Below are positions 62,143 to 64,000 of a stretch of 64,000 bases of DNA, in pieces; position 1 is the first letter of the stretch; each line of letters opens with the position of its first letter. Origin of the DNA: Nitrospirota bacterium (lineage in GTDB: Bacteria > Nitrospirota > UBA9217); the NCBI GenBank assembly GCA_963741205.1, contig CAVUHW010000018.1:132184-196183 (forward strand), read 5' to 3'. The notes below the pieces were generated by a model, which was not told the DNA's origin, did not search any database, and saw nothing but the letters and a program-made list of their open reading frames with translations. Both the position numbers and the translations under genes were made by a program.

Positions 62143-63888
62143 TCAGCAATACAGCGGATCGGCGCAGGTAAGCACCTGCTCGCTCTTGCTGCCGCTCCGG
62201 AAAATGGTAATGCCCTTCACGCCCTCTTTATAGGCAAGCATGAAGGCTTTTCGCACGTCTTCTTTCGCGGCCTGCTGCGGGAAATTGATGGTCTTGGACA
62301 CGGCATTATCGGTATGGCGCTGGAACGCCGCCTGCATGCGTACATGCCACTCGGGCGCGATGTCGAAGGCCGTCACGAACACCCGCTTGACGTCCTCCGG
62401 CACTTCGCTCATACGCCGGATGGACTCGCCGGCCATGACGCGCATGAGCAGGCCGTCGCTGAAAAAACCGCGCCTCTTCGCTGTTTCGAGGAAATACTGG
62501 TAGACCTCGGGAAGCTCGACGTCTCCCAGCACGTGGCGCGTAAAGGAGAGCGCGAAAAGCGGCTCGATCCCGCTCGAACATCCGGCGATGATGGAAAGTG
62601 TCCCGGTAGGGGCGACAGTTGTCACCGTAGCGTTCCTGAGCCTTGGCCCCCCCTCCCGGTCGTATCTGCTCCCGCGGTAGTTGGGGAACACCCCCCGCTT
62701 CCGCGCCAGCTCCGCGGAGCTTTCCCACCCTTTGTCCTCCACGAACCGCATGAGCTCTTCCCCGGTCCGGATCGCCTCTTCGGAGTCGTAGGGAATGCCC
62801 AGACGGATCAGGAGGTCGGCAAATCCCATGACGCCGAGCCCGATCTTCCTGTTGCCCTTTGCCATGCGGTCGATCTCATCGAGCGGATAGCGGCTCATGT
62901 CGATCACGTTGTCGAGAAAATGAACGGCTGTCCGCACGGTCCGCTCCAGCTTGTCCCAGTCGATTTCATACCGTCCCGAGGACTCTTTCAGCATGAGCCC
63001 GAGGTTGATCGAACCCAGGTTGCACGGCTCGTAAGGCAGGAGCGGCTGCTCGCCGCAGGGGTTCGTGCTCTCCATGTCTCCAAGCTGAGGCGTGGGATTG
63101 TCCCGGTTGATCCGGTCGAGGAACACGACGCCGGGATCGCCGGTCTTCCATGCCATCTCCACGATCCGGTCGAAGACCTCTCGCGCCTTGAGCGTCCTGA
63201 CCACCTGGCGGTTATGGGGATTCACGAGGGGCAGGTCGCCGTCCTCTTCCACGGCGCGTATGAATTCCTCGGTCATCGCCACGGATATGTTGAAATTCGC
63301 CAGTTCCTTGTTGTCCGCCTTGGCCGCGATGAACTCCAGGATGTCCGGGTGATCGACCCGAAGTATCCCCATGTTCGCGCCCCTCCGCGTGCCGCCCTGC
63401 TTGATCACTTCCGTCGCCATGTTGAAGACACGCATGAACGAGACCGGCCCGCTGGCCGCGCCGCTCGTGGTGCGTACCGAGTCGTCCTTCGGCCGCAGCC
63501 TGCTGAAGGAGAACCCCGTGCCCCCGCCGCTCTGATGGATCAGCGCGGTATGCTTGACGCCGTCGAAGATCGATTCGAGCGAATCCTCCACCGGCAGGAC
63601 GAAGCAGGCCGCAAGCTGCTGGAGCGGCCGACCCGCGTTCATCAGGGTCGGCGAATTCGGCAGGAACTCAAGATTGGAAAGGATGCGATAAAATTCCTCT
63701 TCCGTCGCGCCGATATCGGCATGGCCGTTGTAATGGTAGTCGGCCTGGGCGATATTGTTCGCCACCCTGCGGAACATTTCCTCGGGCGACTCCACTACCC
63801 TGCCCTGCTCGTCCTTCTTGAGATAGCGCCTCGCAAGGACGGTCAGCGCGTTCGCCGTAAGCAGATTTTCGGGAGTTTTGGCCGCCAT
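62143..63888 (-). CDS. nrdJ: Class II (adenosylcobalamin-dependent) ribonucleotide reductase
   Basis: NSPTLMNAG, LAACFV, GGTRRGANM, TNPCGEQPL, APTGT, KGITIFR, C-terminal C..LYC. Confidence 0.92.
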   Translation of the reverse strand: MAAKTPENLLTANALTVLARRYLKKDEQGRVVESPEEMFRRVANNIAQADYHYNGHADIGATEEEFYRILSNLEFLPNSPTLMNAGRPLQQLAACFVLPVEDSLESIFDGVKHTALIHQSGGGTGFSFSRLRPKDDSVRTTSGAASGPVSFMRVFNMATEVIKQGGTRRGANMGILRVDHPDILEFIAAKADNKELANFNISVAMTEEFIRAVEEDGDLPLVNPHNRQVVRTLKAREVFDRIVEMAWKTGDPGVVFLDRINRDNPTPQLGDMESTNPCGEQPLLPYEPCNLGSINLGLMLKESSGRYEIDWDKLERTVRTAVHFLDNVIDMSRYPLDEIDRMAKGNRKIGLGVMGFADLLIRLGIPYDSEEAIRTGEELMRFVEDKGWESSAELARKRGVFPNYRGSRYDREGGPRLRNATVTTVAPTGTLSIIAGCSSGIEPLFALSFTRHVLGDVELPEVYQYFLETAKRRGFFSDGLLMRVMAGESIRRMSEVPEDVKRVFVTAFDIAPEWHVRMQAAFQRHTDNAVSKTINFPQQAAKEDVRKAFMLAYKEGVKGITIFRSGSKSEQVLTCADPLYC

Positions 63889-64000
63889 TTCCCTGCCTCC
63901 CTCTCTTTAATATTTTACCACTTCATAAATGATGCAAAACAGGGAGGCCAGGGAAGAGGGCTTCGTATGCGAGGTGATCTTTAGTAGTAGAAAACGGCCA

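Noticed and set aside
62098-63984. 628-aa plus-strand ORF and similar long antisense ORFs (39803-40990, 28204-29592, 51829-53082)
   Set aside because: Shadows of real genes, expected from GC-rich codon usage; no recognisable motifs
63889-64000. NrdR boxes or cobalamin riboswitch upstream of nrdJ
   Set aside because: No convincing match in the 112 bp available

Overview
Bacterial genomic window, GC-rich; gene content is suggestive of an anaerobic Nitrospirota or deltaproteobacterium-like organism (inference only). Many single-base frameshifts in conserved genes point to long-read consensus errors, so several CDS are joined across frames and their ends are approximate. Layout: (1) 1-3.7 kb, an integron (intI, attI, three degenerate attC sites, lipoprotein and PemK/MazF cassettes). 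(2) 4-28 kb, housekeeping, sulfur and transport genes (Ig-like lipoprotein, ABC exporter, sigma54 regulator, cysteine desulfurase, cysK, vorB plus ferredoxin, recN, a rhodanese-TolC-RND operon, FmdB, lipid A acyltransferase, lipoate ligase). (3) 28-51.7 kb, a large signalling island (CheB/CheR, six histidine kinases, a corrinoid protein plus MtaA-like methyltransferase plus 2Fe-2S-kinase fusion, two REP-flanked GIY-YIG elements, a sigma54 activator, an RpoS-like sigma factor). (4) 52-64 kb, pepN, a radical SAM/SPASM locus, the pentose-phosphate operon and a class II ribonucleotide reductase. The top finding is absent from the ORF track: a 40-aa peptide gene (57661-57783, minus) ending C-H-K-U-K-G-U-K-A, with two in-frame UGA codons and an fdhF-like SECIS hairpin, directly upstream of a radical SAM/SPASM enzyme. 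It is a candidate selenocysteine-containing RiPP system.
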